Virus record (IMG/VR): IMGVR_UViG_3300030330_002209 | Coordinates: 1 to 64,000 of that record | Reading direction: 5' to 3' (one strand) | Origin: an uncultured virus (IMG/VR IMGVR_UViG_3300030330_002209) | Lineage: Duplodnaviria; Heunggongvirae; Uroviricota; Caudoviricetes | DNA length: 64,000 nucleotides | Shown here: piece by piece, positions 56,162 through 64,000 of the stretch | How positions within the stretch are numbered: position 1 is the stretch's first letter | Layout: each line of letters begins with the position of its first letter | Translations under genes and position numbers: made by a program | The notes under the pieces: generated by a model | Database searches by the model: none | What the model was told of the DNA's origin: nothing | Seen by the model: the letters and a program-made list of their open reading frames with translations, nothing else

Positions 56162-57395
56162 AGCTTATAGAGGTGTATTAAAAGCTCGTATATCAAAGCT
56201 GTATGGTGGAGATGTAACTATAGCTAAAGCTAAAGCTTTAAAAAATAGAAAAGATGCTACACCTAGAGATAAGCAATTAGCAAATTGGTTTATTAACATG
56301 CAAACAAACAGGCCTTCATTTAAAAAGTTTAGCTTAAAAGGTTTTGACTACAACATGAAGTCACCGCCTAAAGATCACTCGCCTGAAACTTTAGCTGAAA
56401 TAAAAGAGCTAACTAAAATACCTGACAACGATAAGTTTGTTAAATCAAAAGATAAAGTTAGAGATTCTTTCAAAGAATTATTTGATAAAGAAGGTATTGA
56501 ATATCCTAAACAGCTTGTAGATGATATGATAGACGAAGCAGATCCTATCATCATGAAGTTTAAAAACAAGTTTAAAAGACCAAGACCTAAAAAAATTGCT
56601 GATAAAAAAGGTATCAAGATAAATTACCTTGAACTTAAAACAATGAAAACACCTTCATATCCTTCTGGCCATAGTACAAGTTCTAAACTTATAGCCGAGG
56701 TGTTAGGTAAAAAATATCCCAAGCTTAAATCTAAGCTTAACAAAGTAGCAGAAGATATATCTTATAGTAGAAATGTAGCTAAAGCGCACTACAAATCAGA
56801 TAGTGAAGAAGGTAAAAAACTAGGTAAAGCTATGAGCGATTACGCATCGTCGTTTACAAAACGAAAAGATCCTGTGGTTGGTACAGGTAAAAAGCCAAAA
56901 GGCTCTGATAGACGTTTATACACAGACGAAAATCCCAAAGACACTGTATCTATTAAGTTTGCAACTGTTGCTGATGCTAGAGCTACTATAGCTAAAGTAA
57001 TGAAGATAAACAAACCTTACGCTCGTAAGATACAAATACTAACAGTATTAGAACAACGAGCTGAAGTTATGGGTAAAATGCAACAAGCTAGACTTGCTAA
57101 AGCTGCTAAGAAAAAATTAAAAGCTCAAAAAGAAAAATCACCTATGACAAAACAAAAAGGCGGTGGTACTAAAAAGGTTTGTTTACCAGCTGCTAAAGTT
57201 CGTAGTATGTCTTCTTCAGAGCGAGCTAGTGTTGTAAGAGCTAAAAGAAAAGCCGCTGCTGGCGGTAAGTATAAAAGATCTAGTAAGTCAAACGTCAAAG
57301 GCGCTAGGAAAAAAGGAGCTACACTAAGAGACTGGTTTGAAAAAGAAAACTGGGTACAAGTTGGTAACCCAAGTAAAAAGTGTGGAGAAAAATAA
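56154..57395 (+). CDS. Multi-module basic protein containing a PAP2/haloperoxidase-like phosphatase domain
   Basis: K-x6-RP (KNKFKRPRP), PSYPSGH, SR-x5-H-x3-D (SRNVAKAHYKSD); other modules separated by PSFKK, SSFTK and SPMTK. Confidence 0.8.
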   Translation: MSKAYRGVLKARISKLYGGDVTIAKAKALKNRKDATPRDKQLANWFINMQTNRPSFKKFSLKGFDYNMKSPPKDHSPETLAEIKELTKIPDNDKFVKSKDKVRDSFKELFDKEGIEYPKQLVDDMIDEADPIIMKFKNKFKRPRPKKIADKKGIKINYLELKTMKTPSYPSGHSTSSKLIAEVLGKKYPKLKSKLNKVAEDISYSRNVAKAHYKSDSEEGKKLGKAMSDYASSFTKRKDPVVGTGKKPKGSDRRLYTDENPKDTVSIKFATVADARATIAKVMKINKPYARKIQILTVLEQRAEVMGKMQQARLAKAAKKKLKAQKEKSPMTKQKGGGTKKVCLPAAKVRSMSSSERASVVRAKRKAAAGGKYKRSSKSNVKGARKKGATLRDWFEKENWVQVGNPSKKCGEK

Positions 57396-57414
57396 AGGGG
57401 CCGAAGCCCCTTTT
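57391..57414. terminator. Bidirectional terminator at the convergence of the two arms
   Basis: AAAGGGGC-CGAA-GCCCCTTTT; reads as a UUCG loop plus U-rich tail on the minus strand. Confidence 0.85.
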
Positions 57415-57417
57415 ACT

Positions 57418-57609
57418 TTATGCAGCGACTGCATTTTTAATTTCTTGAACTTCAACCCGAACTTCTTGAGCCATATTTTTAATCTCTTGCATAGCTTTAC
57501 GTATGCGTGTTCCAGCTGATTTATTACCTTGATGAAACTTTTCAACATCAACAGCTGTTGCGATTAGTGTTTTCATCATGTCGTTCATTTTAGAATCTAA
57601 TTCGTTCAT
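57418..57609 (-). CDS. Histone H1-like (Hc1 family, Bacteroidota type) protein
   Basis: KFHQGNKSAGTRIRKAMQEIKNMAQEVR signature. Confidence 0.8.
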   Translation of the reverse strand: MNELDSKMNDMMKTLIATAVDVEKFHQGNKSAGTRIRKAMQEIKNMAQEVRVEVQEIKNAVAA

Positions 57610-57618
57610 AATATTAAA

Positions 57619-59487
57619 TTAAAGATTAGTTACTTCACAGCTACCACCAGCACAAGCAAGCTCGCCTGATAGATCTGTGTTATCGTTCATTTCTACCACA
57701 TTTTCAAGATTAACTATAGATAAATGTTTCATACGCTCATTATACTCTTTTTTAGATATGTCTTCAAACGGAGCTTGAGTATATGTACCACCATCATAAG
57801 GCAACACTGATAAACCGTTGTAGCAGTCACGGTTATTCCACATCCACTCACCAGCTTTATCCCACTCATCTTCTTTTAAAGATATTGTAGCAGATACATT
57901 GTGAGTGTTGCTTCCAGCTCTGTGGCCAGGCTTAACCCACTCATCAGAAACTTGTTTAACTCTTTCGAGTAAATCAAACGCGGACTCAGTTCGGACAATA
58001 GAACCTTTTGGCGCGTGTTGTGGTATTTCAATTACAGCGGTATCGTGTGGTCTGAAATATTCATCTTTGATTAACTCAGGAAGATGAACCGATAGATACG
58101 AATATATCGCTTCGTTTTTTCCTACGCGTAATCTACGAACATAATAATCATTATGCCACGCATGAATACCGGATGAAGTTCCGAGTACCAGAGAAGTCGT
58201 CCCTGCAGGCTTCACGCAGGTTGTACGTGCAGCTTTATTAATGCCAATTAACTTAGCTACTCTTGTGTTTTCACGTTTTACCATCTCTGCGGCTTTCTTC
58301 ATATCAAGCTCTAGCACCTTTTTAGAAGCTATCCCTGTCATTGATACACCAATGAGAGCGTCTTTTTCAGTTGTCTCTCTCCAGACTTCACGTAAATAAT
58401 GAAAGTCTGTGTAACCAGCTTGCAATGTACCTATAAACGCAGCAGCCTTAACTCTTGTGTTAAGATCATCTTGATCTGCTACATCTGATACATTAACTTC
58501 ACATAAGTTACAAAACTGATAAGGACGTAATGCTATTTCACAGCACGGGTTTGTACCCCAGTCTTTATCGTTATTAAGGTAGATACCAGGCTCACCTGAA
58601 CCAGACAGCTCAATACGTTTCCATAAGTCCATAAAGAACTCTTTTGTAATTTTGTGTCTAATAAGTACAGCTGAGTTATTAGCTCTACCACGCTGTGGGT
58701 TTGTTTCCCACCAGCTACCTGACTTACAGGCAATCATTTCTTCATCATAAGCTGAAAACAAAGATATTAAAGCTGCCCTTCTAATGCCGCCAGCAAGTAC
58801 AGCGTCAGCAATGTGGCAAATAATATCATGAGCTTCAAGAGTTGTGAGTTTTGTTCCGTCTTCTTTTGCATCTAATATACCTTGAATTTTAACTAAACAT
58901 TCCTTTAATGGTTGAGGTCCTGGCGCTTTGCCTCCAGAGGTCACAAGTCTAGCCCCCTTTGGTCTAATATCAGAATAATCAAACTTGATCTTAGATGATC
59001 TCTTAGAGCCCAAATAAGACTTAATTAAAACCTTAACTGCATCAGACCAACCTTCAATACTATCGCCAATAACAAAACGTCTTTCACGTTTGGTAAATGG
59101 TTTAATAATTGATGGTAGTTGCTTTACGTGGTGATGTTGTACTGAATAACCAACACCACAGCCAGACAATAATAAGAACATACACTCGTTAAAAGAGTCT
59201 ATAGAGTCAATAGGTAAATATGAACAGTTATACAACCTGTTAGGTGATAACTCAATTGGCTTACCTGAAAACTGAAGGCTACGCATGGAAGGCAAAACCT
59301 TCTTAGCGTAAACCAACTTATATACGTTCTCAATATCGTCAGCTAACTTAGGATATTTTTTTTGATGCATCTCTTTATTACGAGTTACAAGCTCTTCCCA
59401 AGNNNNNNNNNNCTCTCTCCTATTTAATTCAGGAATATATTTAGCGTACTTCATGTGTACGGTAATATCCGACAATATATCTTTCAT
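57619..59487 (-). CDS. nrdJ: Class II (B12-dependent) ribonucleotide reductase, monomeric RTPR type (N gap at 59403-59412)
   Basis: LPSMR, LYNCS, GCGVG, GGIRRAALI, TNPCCEI, FCNLCEV, TTCVKPAGTTS, C-terminal ACAGGSCE; no beta-subunit gene. Confidence 0.9.
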   Translation of the reverse strand: MKDILSDITVHMKYAKYIPELNRREXXXXWEELVTRNKEMHQKKYPKLADDIENVYKLVYAKKVLPSMRSLQFSGKPIELSPNRLYNCSYLPIDSIDSFNECMFLLLSGCGVGYSVQHHHVKQLPSIIKPFTKRERRFVIGDSIEGWSDAVKVLIKSYLGSKRSSKIKFDYSDIRPKGARLVTSGGKAPGPQPLKECLVKIQGILDAKEDGTKLTTLEAHDIICHIADAVLAGGIRRAALISLFSAYDEEMIACKSGSWWETNPQRGRANNSAVLIRHKITKEFFMDLWKRIELSGSGEPGIYLNNDKDWGTNPCCEIALRPYQFCNLCEVNVSDVADQDDLNTRVKAAAFIGTLQAGYTDFHYLREVWRETTEKDALIGVSMTGIASKKVLELDMKKAAEMVKRENTRVAKLIGINKAARTTCVKPAGTTSLVLGTSSGIHAWHNDYYVRRLRVGKNEAIYSYLSVHLPELIKDEYFRPHDTAVIEIPQHAPKGSIVRTESAFDLLERVKQVSDEWVKPGHRAGSNTHNVSATISLKEDEWDKAGEWMWNNRDCYNGLSVLPYDGGTYTQAPFEDISKKEYNERMKHLSIVNLENVVEMNDNTDLSGELACAGGSCEVTNL

Positions 59488-59490
59488 TTA

Positions 59491-59631
59491 TTAGTCTTTA
59501 TAAATTGTTAAACAAATATCTAAGAAACCTAAATAAATTACATGATTGTTTCTTAGCTCTTCTCTGTATGTTCTCATGCCGAACAATAACCCTGGAAACG
59601 TTCCAAAGCTTAATTCCCAATTATCTTTCAT
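59491..59631 (-). CDS. Small hypothetical protein (46 aa)
   Basis: Translated by hand (MKDNWELSFGTFPGLLFGMRTY...); fills the gap. Confidence 0.6.
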   Translation of the reverse strand: MKDNWELSFGTFPGLLFGMRTYREELRNNHVIYLGFLDICLTIYKD

Positions 59632-60079
59632 TTCTTTTTTTTAAAATTAATTCTATTACTTTGTCACACTCCTTTTGGTTCTGAGGTTTATATAAAGTTA
59701 CATGAGGCAGCTTGTCTTTAACTAGATTTTTAAACAATTTCCAACGTATCGGAAACGTATCATTAGCTCGACCTTTACACTCAATTATAAACTCATCTGT
59801 AAGCCCAATAAAATCAGGAGTATACTTAATACCAAGTATTTTTTTACAGCCTCTATTAACAAGATCGCCTTTACCGTTTGCTTGTCGTTCATAACTTTCG
59901 TTATCAAACATAAATCCTGGTAGTACCTCGTATGTAATACCTTCATAAGCGGCTTTGATTTTGTTTTTACGCAAAGCTATATACATATACTTCTCAAGAC
60001 CTGAAGCAAAGGTTATGCCATCGTACACAACCTTTTTTGCTCTTACAGGACCTCGTTTACGTTTAAAACGCTTCTTCAT
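59621..60079 (-). CDS. Endonuclease I-like PD-(D/E)XK nuclease (Holliday junction resolvase candidate)
   Basis: FASGLEK, YE, YTPDF, IIECKG. Confidence 0.8.
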   Translation of the reverse strand: MKKRFKRKRGPVRAKKVVYDGITFASGLEKYMYIALRKNKIKAAYEGITYEVLPGFMFDNESYERQANGKGDLVNRGCKKILGIKYTPDFIGLTDEFIIECKGRANDTFPIRWKLFKNLVKDKLPHVTLYKPQNQKECDKVIELILKKRNER

Positions 60080-60371
60080 CGTCGTTAAACTTTTGTATTA
60101 AAGCTTCTTCAGATAAATCACGCAACTCTTCACGTGCGGTTTGTATATATAATACGGCATCCATTAGCTCTTCTTGTACATCACGTAAATAGTCTTGTAG
60201 TGTTTTCATACGTGTACTACGCTCTGTATCTAATGTTTGTCCATACTTTTTGTAACCTACATCAGATCGTTTAACAAACTCATCACACACGTGTCTAACT
60301 ACTGGATCTCTAAATTTATAACTCTTAGTTTCTACATTATCCATACTGTCATATATTTCTCTACTACTCAT
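60063..60371 (-). CDS. All-alpha NTP pyrophosphohydrolase-like protein
   Basis: RSDVGYKKYGQTL...QEELMDAVLY (EExxD). Confidence 0.6.
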   Translation of the reverse strand: MSSREIYDSMDNVETKSYKFRDPVVRHVCDEFVKRSDVGYKKYGQTLDTERSTRMKTLQDYLRDVQEELMDAVLYIQTAREELRDLSEEALIQKFNDDEEAF

Positions 60372-60372
60372 A

Positions 60373-61203
60373 TTAATTATCTTTTACAAATGTTCCGTTA
60401 ACCATTTTACCTGTACGCTTGTTAATAACGTTGTAAGCTTCTTGAATACAGTCTTCTATAGGTATACCAACAAGCTCAGCTAAATTAGTTAATACAACTA
60501 CAGCATCACCAATACCATCAACTATTTGTTCTGTATCTTTTTTAAGTATAGCTCTACCTATCTCACCAGTCTCTTCCATCAACTTAATGTATTGTGTTTT
60601 AACATCACCTTTATCATATAAGCCTCTTTCGTTAGCCCATATTCTTATACAGTCAAATATATTCTCACCACAATCATCACATTGCGTATCACAGGTTTCA
60701 ACCGTATCTTTATATATGCTAGCGTATGAATCAACCTTGTTGTTATCAAACCATCTAGCAAACGCCTTGTTATAAACATAGCATCTACCAGTGGTATATT
60801 GCGATGACTTAACGTTATTCATTATCCACTTAATAGATTCTTTTGTAATCATTACGCGGCCAGCATCTGTTTCCCATCCCATACCTATGTTATCCATAAG
60901 TTGGCCTTTTAGTTTATTGACTGGACATGGGAATGTCGTAGTCATTTCAGTTATGTTTATATCCATATTTTTTAATTCTATAAAATTGTTATTAAATATA
61001 TCTTTGTATAGTTGTCTATCAACTCTGTAGCCATGACGCTCTTGCAAATACAGCTCGCGCTTAGATATATAATCTATATCATCAGACATTTCTAGTATTT
61101 CATACTCGCCTGGCTCATAACCTTGTTGCTCTTCAACTCTACTTTTAATATTGTTTGTTACACCGATTTTAACACCGGGTATGTGATAAATAGCATACGT
61201 CAT
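60373..61203 (-). CDS. Fusion of an N-terminal GIY-YIG-like domain and a C-terminal MazG-like pyrophosphohydrolase
   Basis: YAIYH...KIGVT...R...E; WANERGL...KLMEETGE...DGIGDAVVVL...RTGKMVNGTFVK. Confidence 0.75.
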   Translation of the reverse strand: MTYAIYHIPGVKIGVTNNIKSRVEEQQGYEPGEYEILEMSDDIDYISKRELYLQERHGYRVDRQLYKDIFNNNFIELKNMDINITEMTTTFPCPVNKLKGQLMDNIGMGWETDAGRVMITKESIKWIMNNVKSSQYTTGRCYVYNKAFARWFDNNKVDSYASIYKDTVETCDTQCDDCGENIFDCIRIWANERGLYDKGDVKTQYIKLMEETGEIGRAILKKDTEQIVDGIGDAVVVLTNLAELVGIPIEDCIQEAYNVINKRTGKMVNGTFVKDN

Positions 61204-61889
61204 AAGTGATACATCATTTCTTTTTGTTCTGGTAATTTATCATTATATAAATGTAAGTTGTGTGCGTAGTGATAATATATACCAACTGGTATATCTAACT
61301 TCTGAGCAACATACATTTGTAAATTTGAAAACTGATACTGATCATTGCAGAAACCATACCAGAGATCATTAGATCGCATTAGAACAGACATATCAAGCTT
61401 ATCATGTAATATCGTAAACTGTACAGCGTAAGTACACGGCGTATCTGTTTTGTAATCTGGATGTTCTTTAGCATCGTATATAGATATTGCTGCTTGTCTA
61501 GTTTCAGGATTATTTTTTAACAAATCAATAACATAATCTAGTTGAGATTTGTGGTTGTAGCCACGTTGCCATTGATAACCATAGTTAGAGTTTACATTAC
61601 CTTGCTCGTCAGCCATACGTTTCCATATAGCTGGCACTTTACCGTACAGCTCGCCAAGCTTTTTAATGTTACGATCGCCAGATAAATACCACTGCCATTC
61701 GGCTTCAGCATATTCTACAGACCAGTTACGTTTAACTTTACTATCATTAATAGTATTTAACGCAGGGTTTTCAATATAAAAACCAGCATTAAACAAAGCT
61801 TTAGTACCAGCAAAAGATACACCGTCACGTACAATACGCCAGTATAAATCATGGAACGCTTCGTTGGCTGTTTTGAAGTTGTTATGCAT
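61200..61889 (-). CDS. Thymidylate-synthase-fold enzyme, dCMP hydroxymethylase-like
   Basis: VNSNYG, TRQA, DTPCT (catalytic Cys), MRSNDLWYGFCND, HNLHLY. Confidence 0.8.
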   Translation of the reverse strand: MHNNFKTANEAFHDLYWRIVRDGVSFAGTKALFNAGFYIENPALNTINDSKVKRNWSVEYAEAEWQWYLSGDRNIKKLGELYGKVPAIWKRMADEQGNVNSNYGYQWQRGYNHKSQLDYVIDLLKNNPETRQAAISIYDAKEHPDYKTDTPCTYAVQFTILHDKLDMSVLMRSNDLWYGFCNDQYQFSNLQMYVAQKLDIPVGIYYHYAHNLHLYNDKLPEQKEMMYHL

Positions 61890-61990
61890 AGTATTTTCCG
61901 TTTATTTTGTACCATACTTTTACTGTATTAGGATTTTTAATTTCACCTAGTATATATGTCTTACCGTTTCTAGTAAGCATAACACTTTTA

Positions 61991-62257
61991 TTATTTAGTA
62001 TTTTTATTGTATTTGTCATAATAGTATTTATAATATTCAAGTTGTTTAATTAATACTTCGTTTTTTCTAAAACTAGGACTAAAGTTTGATTTACCATTAA
62101 TAATTATTTCAACACAGAAGTCGTAACCTCCAGTATCTGCTTTACGAGCAGGTACGACACAGCATGCTATACTGTTATTTATACACCATGAAATAATTTT
62201 GTAATCTTCTTTTGTCCAGTCGTAATAACCAGGTTTGAAAGGCCTACGCTTTGCCAT
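61991..62257 (-). CDS. Hypothetical protein
   Basis: Start reassigned to 62257 (TAATG overlap with the primase stop). Confidence 0.7.
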   Translation of the reverse strand: MAKRRPFKPGYYDWTKEDYKIISWCINNSIACCVVPARKADTGGYDFCVEIIINGKSNFSPSFRKNEVLIKQLEYYKYYYDKYNKNTK

Positions 62258-63969
62258 TATTCCCAAGGCATTGGCTCAGCTTCGGCTTCAGTACCAACGT
62301 GCGGTACAAAGCAGCCAGAGCGTGGCTCCCACGTAAAAAAAGACTCAGCTCCGTTTTCACCGAGGTTTTGAAACTTAACTTTAAGAACTTTAACCTTAGT
62401 CGTTTTAGCTTCATAATCTCTATGAACTAGTAAGCCGTGATAACTAGCATCATACCACTCACCACCACCTTTAATATTATACATTGTTGGCTCTTCCATT
62501 TTACCGTCTTGGCCTTTGTACATTTTAGTTGGGTGTGCTACAATGAAAGTTAAGACGTCATACTTTTTACAGAACGTTTCTATCTTTTGTAGGTAATCCA
62601 TCGTATAACGGTTGACATCATCTGAGTTAGCGTTTGTATCTCTAATCTTGTTAAATGGATCAAGAACTAAACATTTAATACCTTTACGTTTAACGAGCTC
62701 AGCGCCCTTGCGTAATACTGCTTCTAAATTGTATTTGTCCATATCAATAAAAAAGTAGTTGTCATTAACATGTTCAGTAACTTGTTCCCATTTATTACCA
62801 CCAATGTCGCCTACGGCTGGCATGTCTTGCCAATGTTTACGCATTAGTTTGTGCGCGTGTAGATAGACTGGTTGGTTTTCTGGACTAGCATACGCAGTCT
62901 TCCAACCGTAAAGTTGATTATAGCCCACAACCATTTGGTCAACAAAGTCAGACTTCCCGCTACTGGGTACGCCAGTAACAGTAATAAACTGACCGGTGTA
63001 AGTAGAGAAAATAGAATCAAAGTTCTTAAGTCCGATTTGAAAGCCGGGCTTAAACCCATTTTTAACAAAGTCTTTAAGTTCATCTTCAATATCCCTTAAT
63101 GTAGACACGCCTTCAAGAGGTACGGGTCTAACGTTATCAATAACATGTCTGAGAGCAGACTTTCCATACTTAACTAAATAATCGTTTGCGTCTTTACAAT
63201 CATCGAAATCGACTAGATAACAAACCTCAGCACCAAGACGACGAATAAATTCTTGTCGTAATGCTTGACCAGCTTCATCAGCGTCTACCGCTAATATAAC
63301 TTTTTCTTTGTCATCAAAATAGTCTATGCAATTATCTAAATAATCGAGGTTGTTTGAGTTTAACGTAGCACCATTAGGTACTGATATAACGTTTTTAACT
63401 CCCGCTTCGTGCATTGCAAGCACGTCCATCTCACCTTCAACTATGACACAAGTATCATAACCAACAATACTATTTATGTTGTAAAATACTTTTTCAGCTC
63501 CTTTATATAACTTAAAGTTTTTACGACCATCACGGTATTTAATGTTTATGAGTTGATCACCCATGTAATAGTTAAACTGAATGGTATTTTCAGTCTTACC
63601 TGTTTGTGGCATAAACTCTTGGCCTTCACCTATACACAGGTCAGCCAAGGTTTGTTTAGTTATGCCGCGTTGTTTAAACCACTCTTCAACTTTAGTACTA
63701 GTAGGATTAAACTCAACCTGCGGTCGAGCATAAACTTTTTCGCTAGCACCTTTACGTTGATACGTGTGTAGTTGAAAACTAGTATCACAATTATGACAGG
63801 TACCAAGACCACGTTCCCAATCATAAGAAGCGCATTTAGCTTTCTTATTTTCAGGCTTCCTAGTGTGAGAACACAAAGGGCAAATACCCTGTGTCTTCCC
63901 AACTTCTAGGCCATGCTGATTGAACTCGTCAATCGCAAATCCATTGATCTCTCTGTCTTGTACGTTCAT
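62257..63969 (-). CDS. Bifunctional primase-helicase (T7 gp4/Twinkle-like)
   Basis: CPLC/CHNC zinc finger, TOPRIM (VEGEMD, SVPNGA, AVDADEAG, KDAND), Walker A GVPSSGKS, LVLDPFN, VAHPTK. Confidence 0.93.
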   Translation of the reverse strand: MNVQDREINGFAIDEFNQHGLEVGKTQGICPLCSHTRKPENKKAKCASYDWERGLGTCHNCDTSFQLHTYQRKGASEKVYARPQVEFNPTSTKVEEWFKQRGITKQTLADLCIGEGQEFMPQTGKTENTIQFNYYMGDQLINIKYRDGRKNFKLYKGAEKVFYNINSIVGYDTCVIVEGEMDVLAMHEAGVKNVISVPNGATLNSNNLDYLDNCIDYFDDKEKVILAVDADEAGQALRQEFIRRLGAEVCYLVDFDDCKDANDYLVKYGKSALRHVIDNVRPVPLEGVSTLRDIEDELKDFVKNGFKPGFQIGLKNFDSIFSTYTGQFITVTGVPSSGKSDFVDQMVVGYNQLYGWKTAYASPENQPVYLHAHKLMRKHWQDMPAVGDIGGNKWEQVTEHVNDNYFFIDMDKYNLEAVLRKGAELVKRKGIKCLVLDPFNKIRDTNANSDDVNRYTMDYLQKIETFCKKYDVLTFIVAHPTKMYKGQDGKMEEPTMYNIKGGGEWYDASYHGLLVHRDYEAKTTKVKVLKVKFQNLGENGAESFFTWEPRSGCFVPHVGTEAEAEPMPWE

Positions 63970-64000
63970 ACTAGAATGGTAAGTCTTCTTCTACTTGCTG
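63509..64000. repeat. Terminal direct repeat, copy 2
   Basis: About 94% identical to 1-492. Confidence 0.95.

Noticed and set aside
63509..64000. Diverged repeat pair as a diversity-generating retroelement TR/VR
   Set aside because: Mismatches involve all bases and are mostly synonymous, not adenine-specific; no reverse transcriptase; copies sit at the contig ends
1..64000. Stop-codon reassignment as in some crAss-like phages
   Set aside because: Genes tile densely under the standard code, and TAG/TGA end genes at sensible boundaries (e.g. 463, 17553, 20280)
1..64000. Prophage or temperate lifestyle
   Set aside because: No integrase, repressor or flanking host genes recognised; the sequence closes on itself

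Overview
This window is essentially one complete, circularly permuted dsDNA phage genome. Positions 1-492 recur at 63509-64000 at about 94% identity, giving a unit length of about 63,508 bp. Two 10-N scaffold gaps fall in the portal and RNR genes. It is an AT-rich, apparently lytic phage (no integrase or repressor recognised) with a podovirus-type virion module. The host is most likely Bacteroidota/Flavobacteriia, judged from a T9SS C-terminal domain, signal peptides followed by Gln, AT-rich leaders without Shine-Dalgarno sites and an Hc1-like protein. The minus-strand arm (57418-64000 continuing into 1-11465) carries small early genes behind seven copies of a 34-bp promoter-like motif, tRNA-Arg(TCT), DNA ligase, a sigma factor, ERF, exonuclease, SSB, primase-helicase, a dCMP-hydroxymethylase-like enzyme, MazG-like enzymes, a resolvase and a class II RNR. 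No DNA polymerase was recognised. The plus-strand arm (11769-57395) carries GroEL/GroES, holin, terminase, portal, scaffold, capsid, tail ring and nozzle proteins, ejection proteins including a 3155-aa multi-domain protein, a four-gene envelope/T9SS cassette, a DUF5675 lysin candidate and many basic proteins. The most novel-looking signals are: (1) a family of late proteins sharing an N-terminal MAFKM-type leader and S-[S/P/A]-[M/L/F] motifs at domain boundaries, next to a HExxH peptidase with a similar leader, a candidate targeting and processing system; (2) a ~195-nt structured ncRNA candidate and a tRNA minihelix; (3) a phage-encoded T9SS cargo plus beta-barrel cassette; (4) a G-quadruplex-like tract at the strand switch; (5) a possible cytosine-modification pathway. 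All family assignments come from motif recognition by eye, not from database searches.
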